Below are positions 19,830-29,131 of a stretch of 64,000 nt of DNA, one piece after another. A program made the position numbers and the translations under genes. Numbering within the stretch: position 1 is the stretch's first letter; each line of letters opens with the position of its first letter. The DNA is taken from the sequence record PQ227241.1; one strand, written 5' to 3'. The notes under the pieces were generated by a model that ran no database searches, was not told where the DNA came from, and saw nothing but the letters and a program-made list of their open reading frames with translations.

Positions 19830-22118
19830 ATGTTAAAAACTATCATTAAACTAGACGGTACTGAAGAAGCATACTCACCTGCTAAGATCAATGGTTGGGG
19901 TGAATGGGCAGCCCAACATCTTGGTGATAAGGTAGATTGGAGCAGTGTTGTAATGGATGCTGTTCAAGCTCTTGGTGATAAAACTTCATCACAAGAACTA
20001 CAATTACAACTTATTGAAGAATGTCTAAATCGCAAGACCTGGTCATATTACCTGATGGCTGGTAGACTATATGCGATTTATCTTCGTAAGAAGTTCTATG
20101 GTCTAAATGGCATCCCAACTGTTAAAGCGCTTCAAACCAGGATGCGTAAAGATGGTATCATTGTTAAATTAGATTATAGTAGTAAAGAATACGCTCAGAT
20201 TGAAAAGATCATTGATCACGATCTTGACCTACTTTGTCCGCATTTTTCACTTCATCACATTCGTGGAAAGTATGCTCTACGTAATCGTAAAACTGGTCAA
20301 GAATATGAAACTGCACAATTTGTGTACATGCGTATGGCAATGGCATTAGCTGAGAAAGAACCAGTTGAAACCCGCATGACTCATGTTGAGAATTTCTATA
20401 AACTATTATCTAATAAGATTCTTAGCGCTCCAACACCTAATTATGTTAACCTAGGTACTAAGCTTCGTGGTTTTGCATCATGTTGCCTATTTGCTTCTGG
20501 TGATAATGGTGTATCACTGGCAATGGGCGATTATATTGCTAACATCATGACCCAATCATCAGCAGGCATTGGTGTTAACTTAATGACTAGGTCAATTGGT
20601 GATCCTATCCGTAATGGCCTAATCATTCACCAAGGTAAGAAACCATACATCGATGTAATGGGTAAAGCAGTAAGGGCTAACCTACAAAATGGTCGAGGTG
20701 GTGCTGTTACGTGTTACTACAGTGCTTTCGATCCTGAAGCAGATATGATTACTCAGCTACGTAATCCACGTTCTACTGAGGATAGGAAGAACCGTGATCT
20801 TCACTATGCATTCCTAAGTAATAAGTTCTTTGCTAAGAAAGCGGCTCAGAAAGATGGCATGATCTTTGTATTCAATCCATTTACTGCTCCAGATCTACAT
20901 GATGCTTTCTATAGTGGTGATATTGATAAGTTTATTAAGCTTTATGAAAAATATGAAGCGGATCCTAAATTTGAGAAAACTTATGTAAATGCTCGGGATC
21001 TTCTCAAATCAATGCTAGTTGAAGCATATGAGACTGGAACCATCTATTCAGCTCAAATTGATGAACTCAATCATCATACACCATTTAAAGAACCTATTTA
21101 CAGTTCTAACCTATGCCTTGAAATCGCAGAACCCACTAAGCCTTACTATCGAATGGAAGATCTTTATTCTAGTGAGGATCACGGGCGCGGTGAGATTGCT
21201 ACTTGTTCACTGGCTGCTATTGCAGTGGATAACGTTCCTGATAAGCAAACTTATGAAATGGCGGCTTACTACGCACTTAAGATGATTGACTATTGTATCC
21301 TTAATGCAGAGTATGCTTTCCCACACCTTGCACTAACCGCTAAGAATCGAATGAGTGCTGGTGTTGGTATCATGGGTCTAGCCACACATATGGCACGTGC
21401 TGGCCTTAAATATAGCAGCGATGCTGGTAAAGCTGAAATCCACTTCATTGCTGAACGGCATATGTACTTCCTTATCAAGGCGTCACTTAAGATTTCTAAA
21501 GAACGCGGGAATGCGCCTTGGATTCATAAGACTAAATGGCCAGAGGGATGGACTCCACGTAAGACTTATAATAAGTCAGTGGATACTATCATTGAAGGTG
21601 GCTTTGAAGAACTTTATCCATGGGATGAGCTAGAGAAAGAAATTAAGGAGAATGGTGGTATTGCACACTCCGTACTAGCTGCATACATGCCTGGTGAAGC
21701 ATCATCTAAGGCACTAGGGTCAACTAATGGTCCATACCCGGTACGTCGCCTAATTCTTAATAAGACTGATAATGGTGCACGTGTGCTATGGGCTGCTCCA
21801 TATGGAGATGATGACTCCTATGTGTATGAATCAGCTTATGATATCCCCACTAAAGATCTTATTGATTGCTATGCCATTATTCAAAAGTGGACTGATCAAA
21901 CAATCAGTGCGGACCTCTACCGACGCATTGTAGGTTCTGAAAAGATCTCTTCTAATGAAATGCTAGGTAATCACTTCTACATGGTGAAACGTGGAATGAA
22001 AACCCGGTATTATGTAAATCTAGAAACAGCAGCAGGACTTGATATTAAATCACTTGAACGTGCTGTTGAGGTAACTAATACTGAAGTTGGGTGTGCAGGC
22101 GGTTCGTGCACTCTTTAA
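19830..22118 (+). CDS. nrdA: Ribonucleotide reductase class Ia alpha subunit
   Basis: N-terminal ATP-cone-like start, SAPTP, ASCCL, SSNLCLE catalytic motif, TRYY, C-terminal CAGGSC; start set at ATG 19830. Confidence 0.95.
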   Translation: MLKTIIKLDGTEEAYSPAKINGWGEWAAQHLGDKVDWSSVVMDAVQALGDKTSSQELQLQLIEECLNRKTWSYYLMAGRLYAIYLRKKFYGLNGIPTVKALQTRMRKDGIIVKLDYSSKEYAQIEKIIDHDLDLLCPHFSLHHIRGKYALRNRKTGQEYETAQFVYMRMAMALAEKEPVETRMTHVENFYKLLSNKILSAPTPNYVNLGTKLRGFASCCLFASGDNGVSLAMGDYIANIMTQSSAGIGVNLMTRSIGDPIRNGLIIHQGKKPYIDVMGKAVRANLQNGRGGAVTCYYSAFDPEADMITQLRNPRSTEDRKNRDLHYAFLSNKFFAKKAAQKDGMIFVFNPFTAPDLHDAFYSGDIDKFIKLYEKYEADPKFEKTYVNARDLLKSMLVEAYETGTIYSAQIDELNHHTPFKEPIYSSNLCLEIAEPTKPYYRMEDLYSSEDHGRGEIATCSLAAIAVDNVPDKQTYEMAAYYALKMIDYCILNAEYAFPHLALTAKNRMSAGVGIMGLATHMARAGLKYSSDAGKAEIHFIAERHMYFLIKASLKISKERGNAPWIHKTKWPEGWTPRKTYNKSVDTIIEGGFEELYPWDELEKEIKENGGIAHSVLAAYMPGEASSKALGSTNGPYPVRRLILNKTDNGARVLWAAPYGDDDSYVYESAYDIPTKDLIDCYAIIQKWTDQTISADLYRRIVGSEKISSNEMLGNHFYMVKRGMKTRYYVNLETAAGLDIKSLERAVEVTNTEVGCAGGSCTL

Positions 22119-22124
22119 GTGTAT

Positions 22125-22150
22125 ACACCCTCCCTTAATTGGGAGGGTGT
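22125..22150 (+). terminator. Intrinsic terminator
   Basis: acaccctccc-ttaatt-gggagggtgt; core identical to 23801-23822. Confidence 0.75.
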
Positions 22151-22218
22151 TATTCCCAATTTATACTAACCTCTATTATTTATTGTAAGAAATATTTTTA
22201 AATTGTAAAGGAACTGAT

Positions 22219-23382
22219 ATGTCTACTAAATCTCAACTACCAAAGAAAATCTTCAATGTTGCTAAGAGTGATTATCATCTACCGGAAATTATTCTTGGAG
22301 ATGATCCAGGTCTACTAGATTCAATCCACACTCATTATCCTAAAATGTGGGAGCTATATAAGCGTCTAAAGATGCTTGATTGGGATGAGCTAGAATTTGA
22401 CTTTTCCACTTGTCTAGTAGAATTTGAAACGTGTGATAAATCAACTTATGACATGATGATTAAGACACTGGCCTGGCAATGGGAAGCTGACTCTGTAGCC
22501 AGTCGTTCCATTGTTAATATTCTATCACCTGTCATGACAGATTCACGAGTATGGGCGGGATATGTACGTATTAATGATAATGAAGACGTACATGCTTTAA
22601 CTTATTCTGAAATTGTACGTAATAGCTTTAAAGATCCTAAAGTTATTCTAGACGAAATTCTTAGGGTAGAAGAAGCACAAGAACGAATGGTTGCAGTAGC
22701 CCGCACTATGGGTGAAGCACATGACGCAGTTCATGCGTATGCTCTTAATCAGGTACCCAATGATCAAGAACTTTACAATAAAGTATTCATGTTCTTCATC
22801 GCTCTATATTTCCTAGAACGTATCCAGTTCATGGCATCCTTTGCAGTAACCTTTGCTATTGGTCGTACTGGTGCATTCCAGCAAATTGCAGCCGCTGTTA
22901 AGAAAATTGCCCAAGACGAATTCGAAATCCATGCACAATATGGACAAGAAGTTATTCGTGCACTACTGGCAACTGAACGCGGTAAACTCGCTTACAGTCA
23001 ATGTAAAGATAAAATCATTGAACTACTATGGGAAATTGTAAAGACTGAAGTTACCTGGGTTAATTATCTATTCTCTGAAGGTCGTGAACTAACTGGTGTT
23101 AATGCGACTAAACTTATTAACTGGGTACTTTTCAATGCTAATGCCGCAGCAACATTCCTAAGTATTGAAAATGATGTTGTAGAACAGTATCAAGTGGAGT
23201 TTAAAGAATCAGCTGGATTTGATTTTGTTTGGCCAGAGAAGAACCCACTTCTTTATATGGAAGACTACCTAGATATTTCATCAACCCAAGCATCTCCTCA
23301 GGAAGAAGAGAAGCCTGATTACATGGTCAACGTTGTAAATGATGTTGGTGAAGAAGAAGAATTTGAGGTTGACTTCTTATGA
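22219..23382 (+). CDS. nrdB: Ribonucleotide reductase class Ia beta subunit
   Basis: ADS, EDVHALTY (iron ligands and radical Tyr), LERIQFMASF, QDEFEIH. Confidence 0.95.
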   Translation: MSTKSQLPKKIFNVAKSDYHLPEIILGDDPGLLDSIHTHYPKMWELYKRLKMLDWDELEFDFSTCLVEFETCDKSTYDMMIKTLAWQWEADSVASRSIVNILSPVMTDSRVWAGYVRINDNEDVHALTYSEIVRNSFKDPKVILDEILRVEEAQERMVAVARTMGEAHDAVHAYALNQVPNDQELYNKVFMFFIALYFLERIQFMASFAVTFAIGRTGAFQQIAAAVKKIAQDEFEIHAQYGQEVIRALLATERGKLAYSQCKDKIIELLWEIVKTEVTWVNYLFSEGRELTGVNATKLINWVLFNANAAATFLSIENDVVEQYQVEFKESAGFDFVWPEKNPLLYMEDYLDISSTQASPQEEEKPDYMVNVVNDVGEEEEFEVDFL

Positions 23383-23792
23383 TTAAGATTATCGCATTCG
23401 TAGTTTTAATGTGGTCCACTGTCCTATTTGCAGCAACTGAAGTAAAATCAACTACAGATGGTATTATTGCACATTCAGAATGTCAGCTAGTTGCTAAAGA
23501 TAGTAGTGTTGTCGGCACTACTGTTGGAGGTGCGGTTGGAGCCACCGCAGGCGCTGTGTTAGGTCGAGCAATCTTTGGTAAATCTGGAGGTTGGGTAGGT
23601 GGTTTAATCGGTGGTGCCGCAGGCGGCGCAGTCGGTAATAATGTTAGTGCTACTGAAACATTTCAATGTAAACTGATTGTTAATACAGATGGCAAGCAGT
23701 ACATGGTTCAAACAGTTACCAATGAAAAACCAAAGGTTGGTGATAAAGTCACTGTTGTTGAAATGAATGATGGTACACGAGATATAATGTAG
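23379..23792 (+). CDS. Glycine-zipper 2TM envelope protein (YcfJ/SlyB-like)
   Basis: Signal peptide then GTTVGGAVGATAGAVLG...GGLIGGAAGGAVGN. Confidence 0.75.
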   Translation: MIKIIAFVVLMWSTVLFAATEVKSTTDGIIAHSECQLVAKDSSVVGTTVGGAVGATAGAVLGRAIFGKSGGWVGGLIGGAAGGAVGNNVSATETFQCKLIVNTDGKQYMVQTVTNEKPKVGDKVTVVEMNDGTRDIM

Positions 23793-23800
23793 ACATAATG

Positions 23801-23822
23801 ACCCTCCCTTAATTGGGAGGGT
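23801..23822 (+). terminator. Intrinsic terminator
   Basis: accctccc-ttaatt-gggagggt then ttat. Confidence 0.75.
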
Positions 23823-23877
23823 TTATGCTAACAATTCTATAGCACTCTTATTAACAGTCATCAACGAGAGAGTAGAC

Positions 23878-25761
23878 ATGAATAAAATGCTAAACTTCCT
23901 AAACCGTACGCTATATAGCGGTACTGAAAAAGTATCTTCAAAAGCTACACCAAGTCTAGAACACTTTAAAACAAATGTTGAACAAGTAGATAAAAAGATT
24001 CTACAACCCTTTAGTACTAAATTTAAAACCATTCTAAAAGAATGTTACAGTAATGAAGAGTGGGTTGAAGAACAATCATTTATTGAAGAACCTATTGATC
24101 TTGGTTCAGCTGCACGCGGTCTTACCGAGCGCGGTATTATGCGTGGTGATTGGGGACGCTTAGCGCATTCCACTATTAAAGAAGCAGAAGGTATGATGCG
24201 TACTTATAGTGGTCGTCTAAATGAAGATATGGAGGCATCTGAAATTAATGAAGTAATTCAAGATATGCCTTATAACTTCACAGCTGGCTCAGCTAATACT
24301 AGCCGTTTAGAAGAAGATGATTCTATTTTTGTTGAAGCAGATACAACTGTAGTTGAACCTCTGTCTAAGCAGACTCTGCCAAAAGTAGCAGAACTTACTA
24401 ACCAACTAGTAGAAGTTTATAACCGAATCACTGAAGAATTTACAGAAACTGGTATTGCTAAAGTTGAACAAGTTGAACAGCCAGCAGTTCTTGTAGCACT
24501 TGGTGAGATCATTAGTAGTTTTAATAAACTAATTGATGCTTCATGTGGTGCTCTACCAGTGGAAGAAACTGTTATTGTAGAGGAGGATCCGTTACCTGCC
24601 ATTGTTACTGGTCCAACTACTGAACCCATTGATGGTGAAATTCCACCTGTTGATGCTATTAATAATTCTGCGGCATTAGAAGAGTTTATTGAAGAAGTAC
24701 TAAGTACTAATCCAGAATTCATTAAATACCAAAGTATGAATGATAGTAATATTGATTCATATCTAACTGGAGATGACTGGATTATACTAAAATTTAAAGA
24801 TGGTTCTTATTATTTATACAATGCCCAGAGTGCTGGTGAAACAAATATAGAAATCATGAAAGATATGGCCGAAACTGGTAGTGGTCTTAATGGTTTTATA
24901 AATCGAGTTATTCGTGGCGGGTATGTAGAGAAGTCCATCATTAATACTCCCGGTTTTATACAAGTCTCAAATGAAGGTCTTATCGACACCATTAAGAGTA
25001 TCTTCGACTCTGGCCCTGAGATCAATCTTGATAAAAAGAAGAAAGCTATTGCTACACTGAAAAGTACCTATGGTGATGCCAAATGGGTGGCAGAAGCAAA
25101 GCTTAAAACCGGCGAAGTAAAAGTATCGAGTTACGAGACGTTCGCGTCTAATGATCCTAAGACCGCAAAAGCCAATATCACTAATGCTGTAGCTAAAGCT
25201 GATCGTCACAACCAGAAAGTTCTGGATGAGAACAGTAAGATACTAGCCCCCGTGGTTAATCTGTTCAAAGGGAATGATTGGCAAGACCCTAAGAAAGTCG
25301 CTACTCTTCTGGCTGAATGGAAACCCAATGTAAAGACAAACTTCCAAGAACCCAAATGGCCAGATAATGCTGGTGCTAAGATTAAGTTGCTTGATGCTAC
25401 CGGTATTGTGGAAGCAGCTAACGTTATCATTGACGTTCTGTCTAACAACACTAAGACTATTGCGGACACTTGGGTAGCCCAGTATCCTGACCTATCTGTC
25501 AATGGGGATATCTACAAACATAAGCTATCCACTATTAAATATAAAGATGCTCTTGAGGATGTATATCTGCTGGCTAAAAGGGCCGATAATGCCATTCTTA
25601 ACATTCATGCATCGTACGACGACGCTAAGGTTGAATCTACATATCGAGTATTTGCTATCGACATGTTGAAACTAATGCAAGCATCTGTCAGTAGCTTCCC
25701 AAGTGGTTCAACCGTAGAGAACACCAATGAACGCAATACGGTCATTGGTATTGAAGAATAA
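23878..25761 (+). CDS. Putative inner head protein, protease-processed
   Basis: 627 aa; acidic N-half; S/A/G-x-E sites typical of phiKZ head maturation (PSLE-HF, AALE-EF, VSNE-GLIDTIKSIF). Confidence 0.6.
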   Translation: MNKMLNFLNRTLYSGTEKVSSKATPSLEHFKTNVEQVDKKILQPFSTKFKTILKECYSNEEWVEEQSFIEEPIDLGSAARGLTERGIMRGDWGRLAHSTIKEAEGMMRTYSGRLNEDMEASEINEVIQDMPYNFTAGSANTSRLEEDDSIFVEADTTVVEPLSKQTLPKVAELTNQLVEVYNRITEEFTETGIAKVEQVEQPAVLVALGEIISSFNKLIDASCGALPVEETVIVEEDPLPAIVTGPTTEPIDGEIPPVDAINNSAALEEFIEEVLSTNPEFIKYQSMNDSNIDSYLTGDDWIILKFKDGSYYLYNAQSAGETNIEIMKDMAETGSGLNGFINRVIRGGYVEKSIINTPGFIQVSNEGLIDTIKSIFDSGPEINLDKKKKAIATLKSTYGDAKWVAEAKLKTGEVKVSSYETFASNDPKTAKANITNAVAKADRHNQKVLDENSKILAPVVNLFKGNDWQDPKKVATLLAEWKPNVKTNFQEPKWPDNAGAKIKLLDATGIVEAANVIIDVLSNNTKTIADTWVAQYPDLSVNGDIYKHKLSTIKYKDALEDVYLLAKRADNAILNIHASYDDAKVESTYRVFAIDMLKLMQASVSSFPSGSTVENTNERNTVIGIEE

Positions 25762-25781
25762 CTTACTGAGTATGTAATGAT

Positions 25782-25925
25782 ATGTAGAAATGATCCCTCC
25801 CCCTCGTTTCTACATTAGTCATAATAAATCGGAGCCAGTCCCCCTTCCAACTGGCTCCCAGAGAGTAAAACTCTTTGCTGGGCATTAATGACGATATATC
25901 GCCTCCCTTCGGGGAGGCTTTATAT
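25782..25925 (+). ncRNA. Candidate ncRNA with two C-rich loops
   Basis: TATGTA start motif; 12-bp, 9-bp and 7-bp stems; own UUCG terminator; no ORF. Confidence 0.5.
25901..25918 (+). terminator. Intrinsic terminator (UUCG)
   Basis: gcctccc-ttcg-gggaggc then tttatatttt. Confidence 0.85.
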
Positions 25926-25981
25926 TTTGTTTTTACGTGAGTATGTTAAAATATGTACAAATAACATAGAGTAATTATAAA

Positions 25982-26434
25982 ATGATTAAGAATGAACTTT
26001 TACCAGGGTTAATCTATGCCCAAAAAGAATTTGATAAAATTGCAGCTAATGTAAAAGACTATGATAAATATAAAAGACGTGAAGCTGGTAGGGCAAGCGC
26101 CGTTTTAAGAAGTCTAGTGAATAATATTGTAAATCAAAATAAACCATCTTCACTTGAACATGAAGGTAAAGTTAGTACTACTAATACTAATGAATATTTA
26201 GAAGAAGTTAATAATTACTTCTTTAACATTAATAATATTAAATTAATTTCTCCTAAACTCATAAAAGAGAAATTAACAATTGATCTAATGAATATTTATG
26301 TTAAATGGAATATGATTGGAGTGGCTGGCCGAAATGATGTGCCAATTATTGAGCACAGAATTAATGATTGGTGCGAAGTGACCGATGTCTACATTAATGG
26401 TAATAAGATAACTTCTTTACAATGGCCACGTTGA
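25982..26434 (+). CDS. Hypothetical protein
   Basis: 150 aa, preceded by TATGTA. Confidence 0.7.
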   Translation: MIKNELLPGLIYAQKEFDKIAANVKDYDKYKRREAGRASAVLRSLVNNIVNQNKPSSLEHEGKVSTTNTNEYLEEVNNYFFNINNIKLISPKLIKEKLTIDLMNIYVKWNMIGVAGRNDVPIIEHRINDWCEVTDVYINGNKITSLQWPR

Positions 26435-26474
26435 ATTTAAAATAAGTTGTAATAAAATACCTAGTATTACATGT

Positions 26475-26480
26475 TATGTA
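26475..26480 (+). promoter_or_regulatory. Putative late promoter (TATG) for tRNA-Leu/Pro
   Basis: TATGTA 12 nt before tRNA-Leu; same hexamer precedes tRNA-Asp (27797), tRNA-Asn (30022), tRNA-Thr (32195). Confidence 0.45.
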
Positions 26481-26492
26481 TTGAAGCACAAT

Positions 26493-26577
26493 GCCCGAAT
26501 GGTGAAATTGGTAAACACAGAAGACTTAAAATCTTCCGGCTACGGTCTTGTCGGTTCGAATCCGACTTCGGGCACCA
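26493..26577 (+). tRNA. tRNA-Leu(UAA)
   Basis: Cloverleaf, loop CT-TAA-AA, long variable arm, GGTTCGAATCC, encoded CCA. Confidence 0.95.
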
Positions 26578-26586
26578 ATTTAAATA

Positions 26587-26662
26587 CGGAGTGTAGCGCA
26601 GTTGGTAGCGCACCTGCTTTGGGAGCAGGATGTCGGGAGTTCGAGTCTCCCCACTCCGACCA
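26587..26662 (+). tRNA. tRNA-Pro(UGG)
   Basis: Cloverleaf, loop TT-TGG-GA, encoded CCA. Confidence 0.95.
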
Positions 26663-26683
26663 TTTTAATAATAGGTAAATAGG

Positions 26684-26977
26684 ATGGATAATAAATGGAT
26701 ATCATGGGAACATCAAATTATAGGAACAGCTCTTTACGCTATTCTTAGTGACCCTGAATTAACTAATATTCAATTAGCTCAAGGCTTACACTATCTAACA
26801 GAAGCAAAGTCTTCTGTATTACATGTTTGTAATAACCATATTACATTCACTGTAACCTATCCACATGGCACATTTAGAACCAATGTAATTAGAGAGTGCC
26901 CTGCTAGTGATACAAATACATTCAAATGGTCAGGTGTATTAGTCCGTCAAAAAGATGGAACATTCTTACCAGAATAA
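26684..26977 (+). CDS. Hypothetical protein
   Basis: 97 aa between tRNAs, AGGA RBS. Confidence 0.7.
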   Translation: MDNKWISWEHQIIGTALYAILSDPELTNIQLAQGLHYLTEAKSSVLHVCNNHITFTVTYPHGTFRTNVIRECPASDTNTFKWSGVLVRQKDGTFLPE

Positions 26978-26984
26978 ATAAAAA

Positions 26985-27061
26985 GGGCCTATAGCTCAGT
27001 TGGTTAGAGCAGGCGACTCATAATCGCTTGGTCGCAGGTTCAAGTCCTGCTGGGCCCACCA
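26985..27061 (+). tRNA. tRNA-Ile2(CAU, lysidine type)
   Basis: CAT anticodon but body matches enterobacterial ileX type (GCAGGCGACTCATAATCGCTTGGTCGC); C4-G69 and C5-G68 TilS determinants. Confidence 0.85.
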
Positions 27062-27068
27062 TATACTA

Positions 27069-27088
27069 GCCTCCCACTTGGGGGAGGT
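27069..27088 (+). terminator. Intrinsic terminator
   Basis: gcctccc-acttgg-gggaggt then tttat. Confidence 0.75.
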
Positions 27089-27113
27089 TTTATACTGTCT
27101 CATTGAGGAAAAC

Positions 27114-27335
27114 ATGAATACAGTAATAATGTTGGTATTATCTATCAAAGTTGGATTATTTGGTTTCACTTCGACTAATGAGAGTAAGATCCTATTTGAA
27201 AATAGGGGACAATGTATTTCTCACCTGGATATGCTGGAGCATAAATACAAGTCTCTTGAAACTATTCGAAATGAGAATACTCTGAAGATAGCCGACAGAG
27301 ATAACCATTCGATTTATATTTTTAAATGTCCCTAG
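27114..27335 (+). CDS. Small secreted/membrane protein
   Basis: Start set at ATG 27114 behind GAGGA; hydrophobic N-terminus. Confidence 0.65.
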   Translation: MNTVIMLVLSIKVGLFGFTSTNESKILFENRGQCISHLDMLEHKYKSLETIRNENTLKIADRDNHSIYIFKCP

Positions 27336-27422
27336 GAAAAATATATTGAAACAACCATTAATCCGATTCTTAGGGGTGGTGCTAAATACCATTGAATTTT
27401 ATTTCAAGCATACGGAGTAAAT

Positions 27423-27770
27423 ATGAATAATTTAACTGAATCTCAGTATAGTGTATATTCCACATTTTGTAGTCCAAAATTAATGTGCATGTCTCTTACA
27501 GATGCGTTTATTGAAATTCATAAACAACATCCAGAAGTAAAGCAATGTATTAAGAAAAAGATCAGTGATAGCGAAACTCAGTTCATCTTTATTTTTAAAG
27601 ATGGGACTGATAATCTGATTATCAGTCGTAAAACTGAACCGTGCCCTGAACTGGATATTCCCGTAGGGGTTAGGGTCAAGCTGTCTAGTGAGGAACTTAA
27701 GAACATCCTTGCTGAACATGGTAGCCCTAAAGATGACAATTATTTTAAGCACTGGACTGACCGACCATAA
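27423..27770 (+). CDS. Hypothetical protein
   Basis: 115 aa, GGAG RBS. Confidence 0.7.
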   Translation: MNNLTESQYSVYSTFCSPKLMCMSLTDAFIEIHKQHPEVKQCIKKKISDSETQFIFIFKDGTDNLIISRKTEPCPELDIPVGVRVKLSSEELKNILAEHGSPKDDNYFKHWTDRP

Positions 27771-27823
27771 TAAAAATATTACTGATTGTATAATACTATG
27801 TAAGAAGTCATGTCCATACGTTC

Positions 27824-27900
27824 GCGCTCATAGTTCAGTTGGTTAGAATACCCGCCTGTCACGCGGGTGGTTAGGGGTTCGAGTCCCCTTGGGCGCGCCA
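27824..27900 (+). tRNA. tRNA-Asp(GUC)
   Basis: Cloverleaf, loop CT-GTC-AC, encoded CCA. Confidence 0.95.
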
Positions 27901-27906
27901 TTTAAT

Positions 27907-27939
27907 TCCGTGATAGCTCAGTCGGTAGAGCAAGTGACT
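27907..27939 (+). pseudogene. 5' half of tRNA-Asn (33-bp remnant)
   Basis: Identical to 30091-30123, breaks off just before the anticodon. Confidence 0.9.
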
Positions 27940-27952
27940 TTTACGATTTCAT

Positions 27953-28039
27953 TGGTAAGTACCCGAGTGGTAGCAGGGAGCGGACTGTTAATCCGTTGGC
28001 GAAAGCCCACCGTAGGTTCGAATCCTACCTTACCAGCCA
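27953..28039 (+). tRNA. tRNA-Asn(GUU) with long variable arm
   Basis: 87 nt; TGGTAAG/CTTACCA acceptor, G73, loop CT-GTT-AA, GGC-GAAA-GCC variable arm, CCA. Confidence 0.85.
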
Positions 28040-28045
28040 AATTCT

Positions 28046-28069
28046 AAAGAGTAGCTTCGGCTACTCTTT
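28046..28069 (+). terminator. Intrinsic terminator (UUCG)
   Basis: aaagagtagc-ttcg-gctactcttt. Confidence 0.85.
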
Positions 28070-28123
28070 TATGTTGCCATGGGTTATCTTATGAATTAAA
28101 ATGATTTACTTGAGAGCACACTC

Positions 28124-29131
28124 ATGTTTGAATTACTATTATCGCCAGATATAGGCGAAGAGTTACCCTTGGTTGGATTTAATGAAATTATTAAATTAGG
28201 TGATCTACCTGTGGCACTAGCTGGTACTATGTCATATGTGGATGGAAATACACTATATGTTGGATCTGGACATCATACTGAAGGACAAACAGCCGCAACT
28301 GTATTCAGACGTTTTACCATATCACCATTCGCAGATGCAGGTGCAACATCTTCTGGAACATTCCTACCAGGTGTATCCTTAGGATTTGGAACATTACATA
28401 AGAATAACTTTATTGTTTATGGCGGTATTACTGGATGGAACGCGGCGGGTAATGGTGGTACGGGGACATCTAACTTTATACAACATTTTGATATAAGTAC
28501 AGGTAGCAGGGTTGAACGATATAGTGGGCCTGTACCATTTTGGGGTACAGCATCCGCATCAGATGGTAATGATCTTATTTTGTGTGTAAACCCAGTTGGG
28601 GTAAATACAATGCGGTTAAAACCATCGGGTAAGACATGGCTTAGTGGACAAGATTATTCAGGTGGTGCTCGTTCAGGTCAACAGTTATTCTTCTATAATG
28701 GTTACTTTTATCATTTTGGCGGCTGGGATAATACAAAGAACATACCTAATCTTGAAGTTTATCGATATAATGCAACTACCTTAGTATGGGAGCAAACACC
28801 TTGGATGATTATACCTGCTGATAAAGGAACAATCTGGCAAGGTAACGGTTATGTAGATGGAGAATATTTTAATTATATTAATGCAGTTGATGTCAATGGC
28901 GTAACTAAAATGTTTGCACAACGTTTTAACATTAGGCGTCGTAAATGGGCTGAACCATTAGAACTTGGCATAGGGTTCCTTAATATATCGTCAATAGCTA
29001 AAGGTCCGGATAATAGCATGATCATTGTAGGTGGATCTAAAATGCCAGTTGGTGGTGGAGCATACATGTTGAAAAGCCAATTGTTATCAGGTATCTATCA
29101 GGTAAAACTAGCACCATTAATCATTGATTAA
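28124..29131 (+). CDS. Kelch-repeat beta-propeller protein
   Basis: Repeated hydrophobic-GG motifs (LYVGSG, FIVYGG, FYHFGGWD, MIIVGG) spaced about 50-100 aa apart. Confidence 0.7.
   Translation: MFELLLSPDIGEELPLVGFNEIIKLGDLPVALAGTMSYVDGNTLYVGSGHHTEGQTAATVFRRFTISPFADAGATSSGTFLPGVSLGFGTLHKNNFIVYGGITGWNAAGNGGTGTSNFIQHFDISTGSRVERYSGPVPFWGTASASDGNDLILCVNPVGVNTMRLKPSGKTWLSGQDYSGGARSGQQLFFYNGYFYHFGGWDNTKNIPNLEVYRYNATTLVWEQTPWMIIPADKGTIWQGNGYVDGEYFNYINAVDVNGVTKMFAQRFNIRRRKWAEPLELGIGFLNISSIAKGPDNSMIIVGGSKMPVGGGAYMLKSQLLSGIYQVKLAPLIID

Noticed and set aside
19830-23382. Introns or inteins in nrdA/nrdB
   Set aside because: Both frames are continuous, of normal length, with no intein or homing endonuclease motifs
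26481-26678. 65-aa ORF from the track
   Set aside because: Overlaps tRNA-Leu and tRNA-Pro
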